A stretch of DNA of 31,853 nt from a virus (taxonomy: Duplodnaviria > Caudoviricetes), in IMG/VR virus record IMGVR_UViG_3300017785_001313, positions 1-31,853 of that record; one strand, 5' to 3'. Numbering within the stretch: position 1 is the stretch's first letter; the number at the start of each line of letters is the position of its first letter. The translations under genes and the position numbers were made by a program. Under the pieces are notes generated by a model. The model was not told where the DNA came from. It saw only the letters and a list, made by a program, of their open reading frames with translations, and ran no database searches. Below, piece after piece: positions 7,766 through 17,138 of this stretch.

Positions 7766-7931
7766 ACTATTTGGAAACGATAAAGAAAAAAAGCTAGAAG
7801 AAGAAAACAAACAGTTAAAAGAACAACTTAAAGAATGTGGCCAAAGACTTATAGAAAAACAAGAACACATCAATAAGACCAATGCTTACTATAAAAAGAA
7901 GCTTAGGGAAAGAGCACCTAATAAATCATAG
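7758..7931 (+). CDS. small coiled-coil protein (57 aa)
   Basis: MFKLFGNDKEKKLEEENKQLKEQL...INKTNAYYKKK..*. Confidence 0.6.
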   Translation: MFKLFGNDKEKKLEEENKQLKEQLKECGQRLIEKQEHINKTNAYYKKKLRERAPNKS

Positions 7932-8012
7932 CTCTATAATCCAATCTAAATATATATAAAGCTTTGATTTATAATTTTATATTGTTAGTTTTATAACAAT
8001 AAATTATATGTT

Positions 8013-8276
8013 ATGCTTTATCAATTGCCAAACGGAAAAGTAATAGAAATGACTACAGAGCAATTTGTAGAAATGTCTGATGAAGAATTAGAGTATTTAA
8101 TAGCATTTAACTACGGTGATTCTTTAGAAAATCCATGGTTCGGATCTGTTCTTACGAAAGGTCCAAGGTCTACCACTGTTGAAATAGATGAAAATATTCC
8201 TGACCTAACAGACTTATCATGTGATGAAAAACTTTTAGATCTTGATTTAGACAAGGATGTATTTGAAAATGAATAG
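8013..8276 (+). CDS. acidic phage hypothetical protein
   Basis: MLYQLPNGKVI..., acidic tail. Confidence 0.75.
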   Translation: MLYQLPNGKVIEMTTEQFVEMSDEELEYLIAFNYGDSLENPWFGSVLTKGPRSTTVEIDENIPDLTDLSCDEKLLDLDLDKDVFENE

Positions 8277-8305
8277 TTTTTTTTATAATTTAAATTCAAA
8301 ACAAA

Positions 8306-8803
8306 ATGTCAAAGGTTGTAGTAACAGCAGACAAAAAAGGAAACATTATTAGTGTTTCAGAAAACAACCCAGAGTTTGGGAGTGTTAGGGTGGAACAAAC
8401 CACTACAGAAATCAATGAAAAAGGCTGGTTGCGTAATGCAAAGAGATCAGCTTTTATCAGAGGTAAAGTACAAGATCTTATAGAAATGGATTTTGAAGAA
8501 GGCCAAGAAATTCCAGGTAGAATTGTTGTAAAGGAGTCTCTAACTCCTTTTAACACAGAAGAACCGGATAGAGATTTAAAAATAGCAGGTGATTCAGGTA
8601 TTATCTGCCGTATAGATGACGAACCTATTTATAGACAAACATTTTATTCTCCAAAGAAAGATGCTGAAGATGTATTTATTCAGCATAATAACAGTACAGA
8701 GATTAAAGATGTTATGAAAGCCCAGAAGGAGTTAAGATCGTTTTCAAATTTGAAAAACATAAAGATCAAAACTACGAAAGGAAAAGTGGATGTAGACCTT
8801 TAA
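8306..8803 (+). CDS. conserved phage protein (beta-rich)
   Basis: 165 aa followed by a strong terminator; PGRIVVKESLTPF and PIYRQTFY motifs. Confidence 0.75.
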   Translation: MSKVVVTADKKGNIISVSENNPEFGSVRVEQTTTEINEKGWLRNAKRSAFIRGKVQDLIEMDFEEGQEIPGRIVVKESLTPFNTEEPDRDLKIAGDSGIICRIDDEPIYRQTFYSPKKDAEDVFIQHNNSTEIKDVMKAQKELRSFSNLKNIKIKTTKGKVDVDL

Positions 8804-8822
8804 GAACAAAGTAGTCTATTAA

Positions 8823-8860
8823 AAGAAAGCCTAGAAGAAACTCTAGGCTTTCTTATTTTT
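8823..8860 (+). terminator. intrinsic terminator
   Basis: AAGAAAGCCTAGA-agaaac-TCTAGGCTTTCTT followed by ATTTTT. Confidence 0.8.
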
Positions 8861-8883
8861 ATATAAATTAAAACCACAATTAT

Positions 8884-9393
8884 ATGTACAATCCAAACAA
8901 AACAATCTCGGTAAACAGTAAAGGCTTAGTAATTAGCTTCACTGACAACAACAAACATCAGTTTGTAAAATTCGAAAGAAAGAATGCCCTTAGAGACATT
9001 CCAACAAGGTACCAAGAAATTGAGCATCCTGTACTAAATGACAGGCAACAGAAAATGTATTCTGAAGCACTGTATGGATTAAGTGTTTATTCTGATGAAC
9101 AAATAAAAAAGATGCCAAATCATGTAGTTATTAAAATAATGGCTAGATGTAAAAGTGCACAGATTATTGTAAACAGATGGAAACAAGAAATCTCAAATGA
9201 AAAAGTAGATAATTTTCTAATTAAACTTTTTCCTAATTCCCCTATTATAAAGCAAATGCTTATGATAAAAGGCTCTGACGACAGTATTAAAAATGACATG
9301 TCATTTAAAGATGTTGATCTCACACAAGAAAAAATAGCAAATAAATTGGTGGAGTGTGGCCTACTTCCACAAAACTTTTTTAATTTAGTTTAA
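8884..9393 (+). CDS. phage hypothetical protein
   Basis: 169 aa ending in GLLPQNFFNL. Confidence 0.75.
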   Translation: MYNPNKTISVNSKGLVISFTDNNKHQFVKFERKNALRDIPTRYQEIEHPVLNDRQQKMYSEALYGLSVYSDEQIKKMPNHVVIKIMARCKSAQIIVNRWKQEISNEKVDNFLIKLFPNSPIIKQMLMIKGSDDSIKNDMSFKDVDLTQEKIANKLVECGLLPQNFFNLV

Positions 9394-9785
9394 TGATTCA
9401 AGCAAAACTTAAAAAGTGTGCAGGCTGTTCTCAGCTTAAGCACATATGGAAATCTGAAAAGAAAGATAAGTATTGCAAAGAATGTTGGTATACCATTGAA
9501 AAACCCAAGTCTATTTCCCCTGTCTCTAAAAAGAGGCAGGTGGAGATGGATGAATATTCTAAGCGTAGACTTGCATTCTTAGCATTACATACAAGCTGTC
9601 AAGCAAAACTTGTTAGCTGTACAGGTAAGGCTACAGATGTACACCACAAAGCTGGTCGTGTAGGAGATGATTATCTTAACATGAACAAATGGTTAGCTGT
9701 ATGTAGATCATGCCATGGTTGGATAGAAATTAATCCTGTAGAAGCTAAAGAACTTGGCTTTTCAGAATCACGTTTAAATGATTAA
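9393..9785 (+). CDS. Zn-binding HNH-like endonuclease
   Basis: N-terminal CxxC..CxxC, then CQAK..C...DVHHKAGR...WLAVCRSCH.WI. Confidence 0.65.
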   Translation: MIQAKLKKCAGCSQLKHIWKSEKKDKYCKECWYTIEKPKSISPVSKKRQVEMDEYSKRRLAFLALHTSCQAKLVSCTGKATDVHHKAGRVGDDYLNMNKWLAVCRSCHGWIEINPVEAKELGFSESRLND

Positions 9786-9788
9786 ATT

Positions 9789-10127
9789 ATGAGTGAGGAT
9801 AAAGAAACATATTCTTTAGCTAAAGCTTTACACCATCTAAATATTGCTAAGCAATACTTTGAAGATGTGAAGATGGGCTGCACAGGAGATGTAAAGAACA
9901 TGTTTAATGGGTATATAAACAAGTGTGATTGGATACTAAACAATGTATTTGATAAGCTTGACAATACTAAACGTAAAATATATAAAGAAGAATTATCTGA
10001 CTCATTAGGACTAGATGCTATTAATGATCATCTTATGATGTTAGATAATGCTCAAAGGAGAGAAATAGAAGAAATGCTAGATGCAATTCTAAAAGGTAAA
10101 AAAGTAACCATAAAAATAGATGAATAA
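9789..10127 (+). CDS. hypothetical protein
   Basis: 112 aa helical ORF. Confidence 0.7.
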   Translation: MSEDKETYSLAKALHHLNIAKQYFEDVKMGCTGDVKNMFNGYINKCDWILNNVFDKLDNTKRKIYKEELSDSLGLDAINDHLMMLDNAQRREIEEMLDAILKGKKVTIKIDE

Positions 10128-10618
10128 TGAAAAAACTAATTATCATGTTGTTGATGTCACCACTATGTTCATCAGCACAAAACTTTGAAGGAAACTATAT
10201 TAAAGTAAATGGAAATGGTGGTACACCTCCTTACACCTATTCAATAAATGGTGGTGTTTATCAAGTGAAAGATACTTTCTTTAATCTTGTTCCAGGACAG
10301 TATACAATTAATATTAAAGACTCGTATGATTGTATAAAAACATCAGTGTGTACATTGTATAGTCCTGTTACTATGAAATTACTTGTATGGAATGGTCTAA
10401 AGTATATACCTATTGAAGAATATGTTCCAACGTCTAATTTATTCCTATCTATACAATTAGAAGCAAATGGTGGTTTACCTCCTTATAGATTCAGCAGAAA
10501 TTCTACTACAAACTATGTAAATAAAGTTTTTTGGAATGGACTACAAAGAAATACTCCTTATATATTTAGAGTTAAGGATGCATTAGGATATATCTATTCT
10601 ATAAACATAACATTATAA
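10127..10618 (+). CDS. secreted protein with two SprB-like repeats
   Basis: Signal peptide (..SSAQ); GGTPPYTYS..F.NL.PG.YTI.IKD..C and GGLPPYRFS..W.GL....Y.F.VKDA.G. Confidence 0.65.
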   Translation: MKKLIIMLLMSPLCSSAQNFEGNYIKVNGNGGTPPYTYSINGGVYQVKDTFFNLVPGQYTINIKDSYDCIKTSVCTLYSPVTMKLLVWNGLKYIPIEEYVPTSNLFLSIQLEANGGLPPYRFSRNSTTNYVNKVFWNGLQRNTPYIFRVKDALGYIYSINITL

Positions 10619-10620
10619 AT

Positions 10621-10821
10621 ATGGAAAGAGCTATTGTAAAATTTAACAATGGAAATTTAGCTGTTTTATGTTCTTATTGTCATAAGATACTTAAAACAGG
10701 AGCAGACTTAACCAATGATGAACTATTTTTAGTATTATCATCAGATAAAAATCATCTTCCAGCACAATATTGTGAAACTTGTAAACCAAAAGAAAATGGA
10801 ACAACCAATACCCCCACTTGA
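10621..10821 (+). CDS. small Zn-ribbon protein
   Basis: KFNNGNLAVLCSYC...YCETC. Confidence 0.7.
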   Translation: MERAIVKFNNGNLAVLCSYCHKILKTGADLTNDELFLVLSSDKNHLPAQYCETCKPKENGTTNTPT

Positions 10822-10939
10822 TCCAAGAGATGTAGCATTTGAAGCTCTTAGAACTTTAATATCAGAAGCTCCGTTGGAACCCGAGTATAAAATTAAAATA
10901 ATAAATGCATTAATTGCATATGTACAAACATTAAACTAA
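10796..10939 (+). CDS. small hypothetical protein (47 aa)
   Basis: MEQPIPPLDPRDVAFEALR...YVQTLN*; fills the gap. Confidence 0.5.
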   Translation: MEQPIPPLDPRDVAFEALRTLISEAPLEPEYKIKIINALIAYVQTLN

Positions 10940-10941
10940 TT

Positions 10942-11205
10942 ATGGAAACAGAAATGACAATTAAAACTAATGTTACAGAAGCAGAAGAAATCTTTTGCTT
11001 TTATAAATTAGGTAAAGAAGGCTCATTTATGACCTCTCTTATAGAAACTATCTTCAAAGGAGACGACAGGAACCAAGCTAAGATTGCTAAAGGTTATCCT
11101 GAACTTGTAGGAGTAATCCAAAGATATGGTGGTGAAAAAGGTTACTGGAAAGATTTAGTAAAAAGATGGAACAAAGAGTATCCAATGTTAAAACTTTATG
11201 CATGA
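10942..11205 (+). CDS. hypothetical protein
   Basis: GSFMTSL..I.K.D..NQAKI.KGYPE motif. Confidence 0.7.
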   Translation: METEMTIKTNVTEAEEIFCFYKLGKEGSFMTSLIETIFKGDDRNQAKIAKGYPELVGVIQRYGGEKGYWKDLVKRWNKEYPMLKLYA

Positions 11206-11585
11206 GTCATCCATATCACCACAGCATTTCCTCTGCTAAGAAGCATGGAGGTAAATGGGAAGATTATATAAAAATACATAACTGGTTTGATGAGACAAAA
11301 GCTCATTACCCAGACATGAGACATAGAGCCCTCAGACACCATGCTGAGGGTATTTTTTGGTGTGAACAGCAGTTTGGTGTTGTTATAGAAAACTCTGATG
11401 GTAAACTAGTTCCTACTAGAACTATAGCAGAACAACATCTTATGGAAGACATAGGACGTATACCAACTATCAAAGACTATCTAGACTGTATGTCACAAGA
11501 AGGATGGATGTATAAACCTGGAGAAGGTAGAAAAATGCTAAGAGAAATAGCAGATGAAAAATTAGATTACACAAAACACCTTTAA
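11202..11585 (+). CDS. DUF6915-like His-rich protein
   Basis: HPYHHSISSAKKHGG..EDY..IH.WFD.TK...RHRALRHH..GIF..EQH..ED; start at the ATGA overlap 11202. Confidence 0.75.
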   Translation: MSHPYHHSISSAKKHGGKWEDYIKIHNWFDETKAHYPDMRHRALRHHAEGIFWCEQQFGVVIENSDGKLVPTRTIAEQHLMEDIGRIPTIKDYLDCMSQEGWMYKPGEGRKMLREIADEKLDYTKHL

Positions 11586-11587
11586 TT

Positions 11588-11755
11588 ATGAAAAGATTAA
11601 TATCCAAAATAAGACAAGAGTTTGATCTAAGTGATATGAAAGGAGATCCACTAGAAGATTTAGCTAGGTTTTTTAATTTCATATTTGTACTAGTAGGACT
11701 AGGAATAATAACATTAGTAATTGAAATAATAATTTGGATAATAAATAAAATTTAA
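11588..11755 (+). CDS. small membrane protein (55 aa)
   Basis: C-terminal hydrophobic stretch FFNFIFVLVGLGIITLVIEIIIWII. Confidence 0.6.
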   Translation: MKRLISKIRQEFDLSDMKGDPLEDLARFFNFIFVLVGLGIITLVIEIIIWIINKI

Positions 11756-11757
11756 AC

Positions 11758-12453
11758 ATGGAAAACAAATCAATTGTACAATGGTGTAAAGACTTGCATG
11801 AAGCAGGTAATGAACTCACTATGAAATGGGAAGGTGGAGGAGATAGTGGATGGATATACTTTGAAATAGATGGTGAAACAACAGACAATGAGTATACAAG
11901 AGCTCTTATAGATGTAATGGATGATATTCTTGACTACGGAAGCTGGGCTGGTGAATTTAATGCTAGTGGTACAGCTGTCTATGATCCAAAAATTAATGGT
12001 TTTGTAGGTACAGATTTCTATGGTGAAGATGAAAGTGAAGTGTTAAATGCAAACTTTACTATAAGAATTCCTAAAAGTTTTTGGTTTACTACATTCCATG
12101 TAGAAGTAGAATGTAACTATGATGAAGGATCAAATGTAGCTGCAAGTTTTCTTGTAAAAAATGGCTTTTTAATTGATAAACATTCAGATTTTTGTACTAA
12201 CTTAGAGCAAGATTTAGCAAAAGATTTTGATGATTTGTTTAATAGTTATGATTCTAATAATGATTATGTTTTCAGAAGTTCTACAGATAGTTGGATACTA
12301 GAAAGAAATGAAGCTGTAGAAGACGGTGATGATTTAGTATTTGAAATAGAGAAAGTGCAAATTCAAGTTACCACTGAAGATGAAAAAGCTATAACACTAG
12401 AATTAGATGAAGAAACAGCAAAATCTATTGATGAACTTTTAAATTATGAATAA
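11758..12453 (+). CDS. acidic DUF6878-like protein
   Basis: WEGGGDSG motif and SW.GE..A.G; neighbour of the DUF6915-like gene. Confidence 0.55.
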   Translation: MENKSIVQWCKDLHEAGNELTMKWEGGGDSGWIYFEIDGETTDNEYTRALIDVMDDILDYGSWAGEFNASGTAVYDPKINGFVGTDFYGEDESEVLNANFTIRIPKSFWFTTFHVEVECNYDEGSNVAASFLVKNGFLIDKHSDFCTNLEQDLAKDFDDLFNSYDSNNDYVFRSSTDSWILERNEAVEDGDDLVFEIEKVQIQVTTEDEKAITLELDEETAKSIDELLNYE

Positions 12454-13211
12454 TGGATTATTCTAAACAAGATTATATAGTTAATAATAGAAGTGGTTGG
12501 GACTTAACTACAGCTCTTAGATTGTGGAAGACCAAATACCAAAATGATTATAGAGATTTCCAAAAGGAAGTTATAGTACATGAAAATTTAAATGATTTTG
12601 ATCAGTTTGTACAAGAATGCTGGGACAAAATAGAACCAGTGACAGTGGAAGAAGCTCTTCAGTTAGAGAACACAGAAGAAAGACGTACATATTTTGATGC
12701 TATTGGTATAGAAAAGTTGTTCAACACTTTAGAACCTAAACTTTTAGATAGACAAGTGTTAAATAAAAAGAGACAACGTTGGGATGATGAGTTTAATGAG
12801 TATACACATGAGTTTGAAGATGTCTATGAGCTTTATGAAATGGATGCTACTAAGATGTTTAAGACTGATAGATGGGGTAATCCACCTAGAGAACACATCT
12901 ATGCTGTAAGATGTTGGTGTACCACAACTAATAGAGAATATTGGTTGTATGTACCAAAAGAAGCTGCATTAGGTAGACAATGGTGGAATGTAGATGGAGA
13001 AGGTCCAGAAGATAATAAACCAGATGCTATCAGAGCTATAGCTTGGACAGTAAGACTAGATGTTCCTATTGGACATGTAGAAAAAGTATACAGACAAGGT
13101 GATATTATAGTGGCTAAGATTAAAGCTGAGATTACTCCTGATACACTATCAGCACTACCATATCATTTGTCTAAAGAAGATTATTTACAATTAATGTATT
13201 CAGAAACCTAA
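12453..13211 (+). CDS. DUF6745-like protein
   Basis: ENTEERR....IG.E, YELY, VRCWCTTTNREYWLYVP and AIRAIAWT motifs. Confidence 0.7.
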   Translation: MDYSKQDYIVNNRSGWDLTTALRLWKTKYQNDYRDFQKEVIVHENLNDFDQFVQECWDKIEPVTVEEALQLENTEERRTYFDAIGIEKLFNTLEPKLLDRQVLNKKRQRWDDEFNEYTHEFEDVYELYEMDATKMFKTDRWGNPPREHIYAVRCWCTTTNREYWLYVPKEAALGRQWWNVDGEGPEDNKPDAIRAIAWTVRLDVPIGHVEKVYRQGDIIVAKIKAEITPDTLSALPYHLSKEDYLQLMYSET

Positions 13212-13223
13212 AAAATAAAAATT

Positions 13224-13559
13224 ATGCCACAAAGAGGTAGACCAAAAAAACAAAAAGAAATTGTACCATTTATGGAACAAGCAGACTATGTTAAATTAGT
13301 AAAAGACTTTGATGAAGAAAGAAAACTTCAGATGACAGAGTTATATAAAGATTTAGCTAAGATTAAAGACAAAGTAAATTATGCTTTAAGACACGTTGGT
13401 ATGATGGACGAATGTGGAACTATAGCAGAAGCTGCATTTAAAGCAGGTAGAGTATATGGTCCATTAGATGAAGTTAATGACCAACTTGAGACTATGTTAG
13501 AAAATTTATATGAGAACAATGATTTTGAACATTGGGATGACTTAACAACATGCTGTTAA
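13224..13559 (+). CDS. hypothetical protein with N-terminal AT-hook-like RGRPKK
   Basis: 111 aa ORF. Confidence 0.65.
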   Translation: MPQRGRPKKQKEIVPFMEQADYVKLVKDFDEERKLQMTELYKDLAKIKDKVNYALRHVGMMDECGTIAEAAFKAGRVYGPLDEVNDQLETMLENLYENNDFEHWDDLTTCC

Positions 13560-13561
13560 TT

Positions 13562-13666
13562 ATGGAAACACTATTAACAATTGTAGGAGTATCAATAGTA
13601 GCATTATTTGCTGTTTGTGTATACGCAATTATAGATTTTATCAACCAAATAAATAACATAAAATGA
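13562..13666 (+). CDS. 34 aa membrane micropeptide
   Basis: METLLTIVGVSIVALFAVCVYAIIDF..*, ATGA overlap. Confidence 0.55.
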   Translation: METLLTIVGVSIVALFAVCVYAIIDFINQINNIK

Positions 13667-13908
13667 ATAAAGCAAAAAGAATTGTGTTAGGTGAGGGAGA
13701 AATCATCGGACACAAGCATATTCTAGAGTCTAAGAAAGACATGGAATATACACAGACTACAGACAGCATTACATTTATGCTAAATGACATGGGTATCCTT
13801 ACTCATGACGAGCATGATAAGATGGTGTTCCCTAAAGGTAAATATAGATCTTATAATCAAGTGGAGTTTAATCCATTTGACAACACAGTACAAAGAGTAT
13901 TTGACTAA
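13663..13908 (+). CDS. small His-motif protein (usual DUF6745 partner)
   Basis: LGEGEIIGHKH...LTHDEH..FPKGKY..NQVEFNP...RVFD. Confidence 0.7.
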   Translation: MNKAKRIVLGEGEIIGHKHILESKKDMEYTQTTDSITFMLNDMGILTHDEHDKMVFPKGKYRSYNQVEFNPFDNTVQRVFD

Positions 13909-13910
13909 TT

Positions 13911-14246
13911 ATGCCTTTAGACAGTATATCTATAGAAACATTAAGAAAACATCTTGATGAGGAAACATACATTACTATTGCTAAAGAAGAAGCATTAAAA
14001 AAAGCTTCTGTATTTAAATATAGATTAAATGTACATAAAGATACAAGAGATGAAAATAAATTTTATCTTCAGTTAAAAGGAACAATAGGGTATGATAATA
14101 AGAAAAAGCTTTGGGTTAGCTATTCAGTAGGTTCTATATATTATGATGAACTTAAAATATTGGATAAAGAAAATCTAGTTTTAAAATATAAAACTATAAT
14201 GCAACAAAAAGCTAATCTTGCTATTCTAAACCAATTTTTAAAATGA
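13911..14246 (+). CDS. hypothetical protein
   Basis: 111 aa ORF. Confidence 0.6.
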   Translation: MPLDSISIETLRKHLDEETYITIAKEEALKKASVFKYRLNVHKDTRDENKFYLQLKGTIGYDNKKKLWVSYSVGSIYYDELKILDKENLVLKYKTIMQQKANLAILNQFLK

Positions 14247-15346
14247 CTAAAAGAGAACAAGTCCAGCAAGATGCTTTGGACATAGCAATTAAACACAAAC
14301 GTTGTGGAATGGGCATCAGCATGGGTGTTGGTAAAACTCTTATAGGGTTAAGATATCTTGATTATTACAGGGGGTTGGATAAGAAAGTAAGGGTGCTCAT
14401 AGTAGCACCCAAGCTTTCTATTTTTGATTCTTGGAAATCTGATGCTGAAAAGTTCAATATAGATATAAACAACGTAGAATTTACTACATATCTTTCTTTA
14501 CACAAGAAAGACCCTAATGATTATGATGTATTAGTATTAGATGAGTGTCATAGTTTATTACATTCTCATCATGCATTTTTAGGAATGTTCACTGGTAGAA
14601 TACTTGGACTAACAGGTACACCACCACGACATCATAAATCAGAAAAAGGAGAAATGGTTAGTAAATATTGTCCTATAATGTTTAGTTATATAACTGATGA
14701 TGCTGTAGAAGATGATATTCTTAATGACTATAAAATTATTGTACATAAGATGAGTCTTGGTACAGGTAACAATATACCTGTAAAACTAAAAGATAAAACA
14801 TTCTATACATCAGAGTTTAAAAACTATTCTTATTGGTCACAACGTATAATGGATGCTAGCACTAAGAAACAAGAACAGATAGCTTCTATCATGCGTATGA
14901 AAGCTCTTATGGGATTTAGCACTAAAGAACAGTATGTAAAAAATCTAATGCTTGATATAGATGAGAAGTGTATTATATTTTGTAATACACAAGATCAAGC
15001 AAATAGAATGTGTAAGCATTCATATCATTCAAGTAATCCTGATAGTGAAGATAACCTTCAGGATTTTAAAAATGGTAAGATAGAATATCTTAGTTGTGTC
15101 TTGCAGCTTAATGAAGGTATAAACATTCCTGATTTAAGAGTGGGTATAATTATGCATGCTTATGGTAATGAACGTAAAGCTAGCCAAAGAATAGGTAGAC
15201 TTCTTAGACTTAATCCTACAGAAACAGCCGTTGTACACATCCTATGTTATAAAAACACTGTAGACGAAAGATGGGTGGGAGAAGCACTAAAAGACTTTGA
15301 TCAATCTAAAATTAAATATTTTGACGTAGATGATACTCTCAGGTAA
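14243..15346 (+). CDS. superfamily 2 helicase
   Basis: MGVGKT (I), LDECH (II), LTGT (III), LNEGINIP (V), QRIGRLLR (VI). Confidence 0.9.
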   Translation: MTKREQVQQDALDIAIKHKRCGMGISMGVGKTLIGLRYLDYYRGLDKKVRVLIVAPKLSIFDSWKSDAEKFNIDINNVEFTTYLSLHKKDPNDYDVLVLDECHSLLHSHHAFLGMFTGRILGLTGTPPRHHKSEKGEMVSKYCPIMFSYITDDAVEDDILNDYKIIVHKMSLGTGNNIPVKLKDKTFYTSEFKNYSYWSQRIMDASTKKQEQIASIMRMKALMGFSTKEQYVKNLMLDIDEKCIIFCNTQDQANRMCKHSYHSSNPDSEDNLQDFKNGKIEYLSCVLQLNEGINIPDLRVGIIMHAYGNERKASQRIGRLLRLNPTETAVVHILCYKNTVDERWVGEALKDFDQSKIKYFDVDDTLR

Positions 15347-15719
15347 ATATAAAAAAGAAAGAGGCTTGCTAAAGCCCGTAACGTTAGGAGAAGCTAAGCA
15401 ATATGAAAAGTTTGTATCTCATCTCCCAGAAGGTGCTATTGTAGAATTTTTCTATGAGATGCAGCATGATGATGGTACACTACCGCAATTAGCTAAGCTT
15501 CATGTAATGATTAAACAGTTGGCTACACATATTGGTGAGACAGCCGAGAATATGAAACTACTTATTAAAGACAGAGCAGGTCTTTGCATAGCAAGAGAAG
15601 TTTCAGGCAAAGAATATTTCTTAGCCAAAAGCTTTGGAGAATGTTCTAGAGATGAACTATCTCTTGCAATACAAGCAGCAATAGAAATTGGAGAAGATGT
15701 TAGCTGTTATCTTCAATAG
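15330..15719 (+). CDS. NinB/Orf-like recombination accessory protein
   Basis: TLPQLAKLH..I..LA..IGE..E.MK..IK...KSF..CS..ELS.AI resembles the NinB/YbcN family. Confidence 0.45.
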   Translation: MILSGKYKKERGLLKPVTLGEAKQYEKFVSHLPEGAIVEFFYEMQHDDGTLPQLAKLHVMIKQLATHIGETAENMKLLIKDRAGLCIAREVSGKEYFLAKSFGECSRDELSLAIQAAIEIGEDVSCYLQ

Positions 15720-15999
15720 ACTCTTCTAAGTCCTGTTCATAAGTAAATCCTTGAGCTATTAATGCTTTTTCTATTTCAGCAATAAGCTTAGTAATGATGT
15801 ATATATTTTCCATCCATTGTTCAGGAAAGTCTTCACCTTCTTGCTCTTGTTTTCCTATAGCTTCAGCTAGAAGAAGTACTTCTTCATCTGTTCTAGAGTT
15901 AATTAGATCAAGTAATACTATTTGAAGTTGCTCTAGAAATCCAGAACCAATTTCAATTTTTACAGTGGCATCTGGTTTAATCATTGTTATTTTGGTCAT
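15700..15999 (-). CDS. acidic hypothetical protein (lone antisense gene)
   Basis: 99 aa, fills the + strand gap, has its own promoter-like motif. Confidence 0.7.
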   Translation of the reverse strand: MTKITMIKPDATVKIEIGSGFLEQLQIVLLDLINSRTDEEVLLLAEAIGKQEQEGEDFPEQWMENIYIITKLIAEIEKALIAQGFTYEQDLEESIEDNS

Positions 16000-16016
16000 A
16001 GCTAATTATTTTGTAA

Positions 16017-16024
16017 CAAATTTA
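16017..16024 (-). promoter_or_regulatory. Bacteroidota-type -7 promoter element
   Basis: Reverse complement TAAATTTG, 17 nt upstream of the ATG at 15999. Confidence 0.55.
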
Positions 16025-16034
16025 ATGTAAAATT

Positions 16035-16757
16035 GTGACACAACAAGTTAATTTACAAGAAGTAAAAGACAAACTTATAGAAAAGTTACAGCCAGCAGGC
16101 TGGGCTCATCTGCTTAGAGGATTTATTCAAAGCTCAGACTTTGATAAAATCTTAGACACACTATATAAATTAAGAGAAGATGGTAAAAGATTTACCCCTC
16201 CTCTTAAGTATGTATTTAATGCATTTGAAAAATGTCCTTTAAAAGATTTAAAGGTTGTTATTATAGGACAAGACCCCTATCCTTATATAAATGTGGCTGA
16301 TGGTCTTGCATTCTCATGCAGTATAACAGGAAAACCACAACCAAGTCTAAAGTTTATTCATCATTCTATTACACAAACCGTGTATGACAATAATGAAACT
16401 CTTCAGCACAATCCAGATCTTACACATTGGGCAGAACAAGGCGTACTCCTTCTTAATTCTGCTCTTACATGTGAAATAGATAAAGTGGGAAGTCACTATA
16501 ATATATGGAAAGAGTTTATAGCTTATGTAATAGATATGGTAAACTTTACAGAGTCAGGATTAGTTTTTATACTGCTTGGTAAACAAGCACAAGAACTAGA
16601 AGCTTTGGTAGGACCCAATCATTATATTTTAAAAGCTCCTCATCCAGCATCTGCAGCTCACAATGGTACAAATATTTGGGACTGTAAGGATATATGGAAT
16701 GAAACTAACAGAATAATAGAAGGAAACAACGGATCAACATTTAAAATCACCTGGTAA
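16035..16757 (+). CDS. ung: uracil-DNA glycosylase, family 1
   Basis: KVVIIGQDPY, ADGLAFS, PSL, WAEQGVLLLN, VFILLG and HP motifs; GTG start. Confidence 0.9.
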   Translation: MTQQVNLQEVKDKLIEKLQPAGWAHLLRGFIQSSDFDKILDTLYKLREDGKRFTPPLKYVFNAFEKCPLKDLKVVIIGQDPYPYINVADGLAFSCSITGKPQPSLKFIHHSITQTVYDNNETLQHNPDLTHWAEQGVLLLNSALTCEIDKVGSHYNIWKEFIAYVIDMVNFTESGLVFILLGKQAQELEALVGPNHYILKAPHPASAAHNGTNIWDCKDIWNETNRIIEGNNGSTFKITW

Positions 16758-16772
16758 ATTAAAACCCCTTAT

Positions 16773-17138
16773 ATGGCAGTAAAAGAAGTAGACTTAATGG
16801 TCTCACAATTAATCAATGACCTGAACTCAGGTATGACATGGCTTAAGAAAGATGACTTAGGTTATGGAAGTATAGAAACAAAGTATGGTGCAATGCCTGC
16901 TCAGATAGCAGCAATTAGAAAACATCCTTCTCTGAAAGATGCAGAGACTACAATCACCATCTTTAACATTATAGACGATACTAAGAATGAAAGCATTTCA
17001 AAAACCCAAGAATCCATTTTTACAAGGGCAAGTGCAAGTGTTCAACAACCTACCTTGGATATGGTCGGTAGTAAAAAAGAAGTGGATACCATACCAGCAA
17101 CTACAATGGATTCAGCAGACATCTTTGCCAACCTATAA
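16773..17138 (+). CDS. phage hypothetical protein
   Basis: 121 aa; G.TW......YGSI..KY...HP.LK core with a low-complexity tail. Confidence 0.7.
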   Translation: MAVKEVDLMVSQLINDLNSGMTWLKKDDLGYGSIETKYGAMPAQIAAIRKHPSLKDAETTITIFNIIDDTKNESISKTQESIFTRASASVQQPTLDMVGSKKEVDTIPATTMDSADIFANL

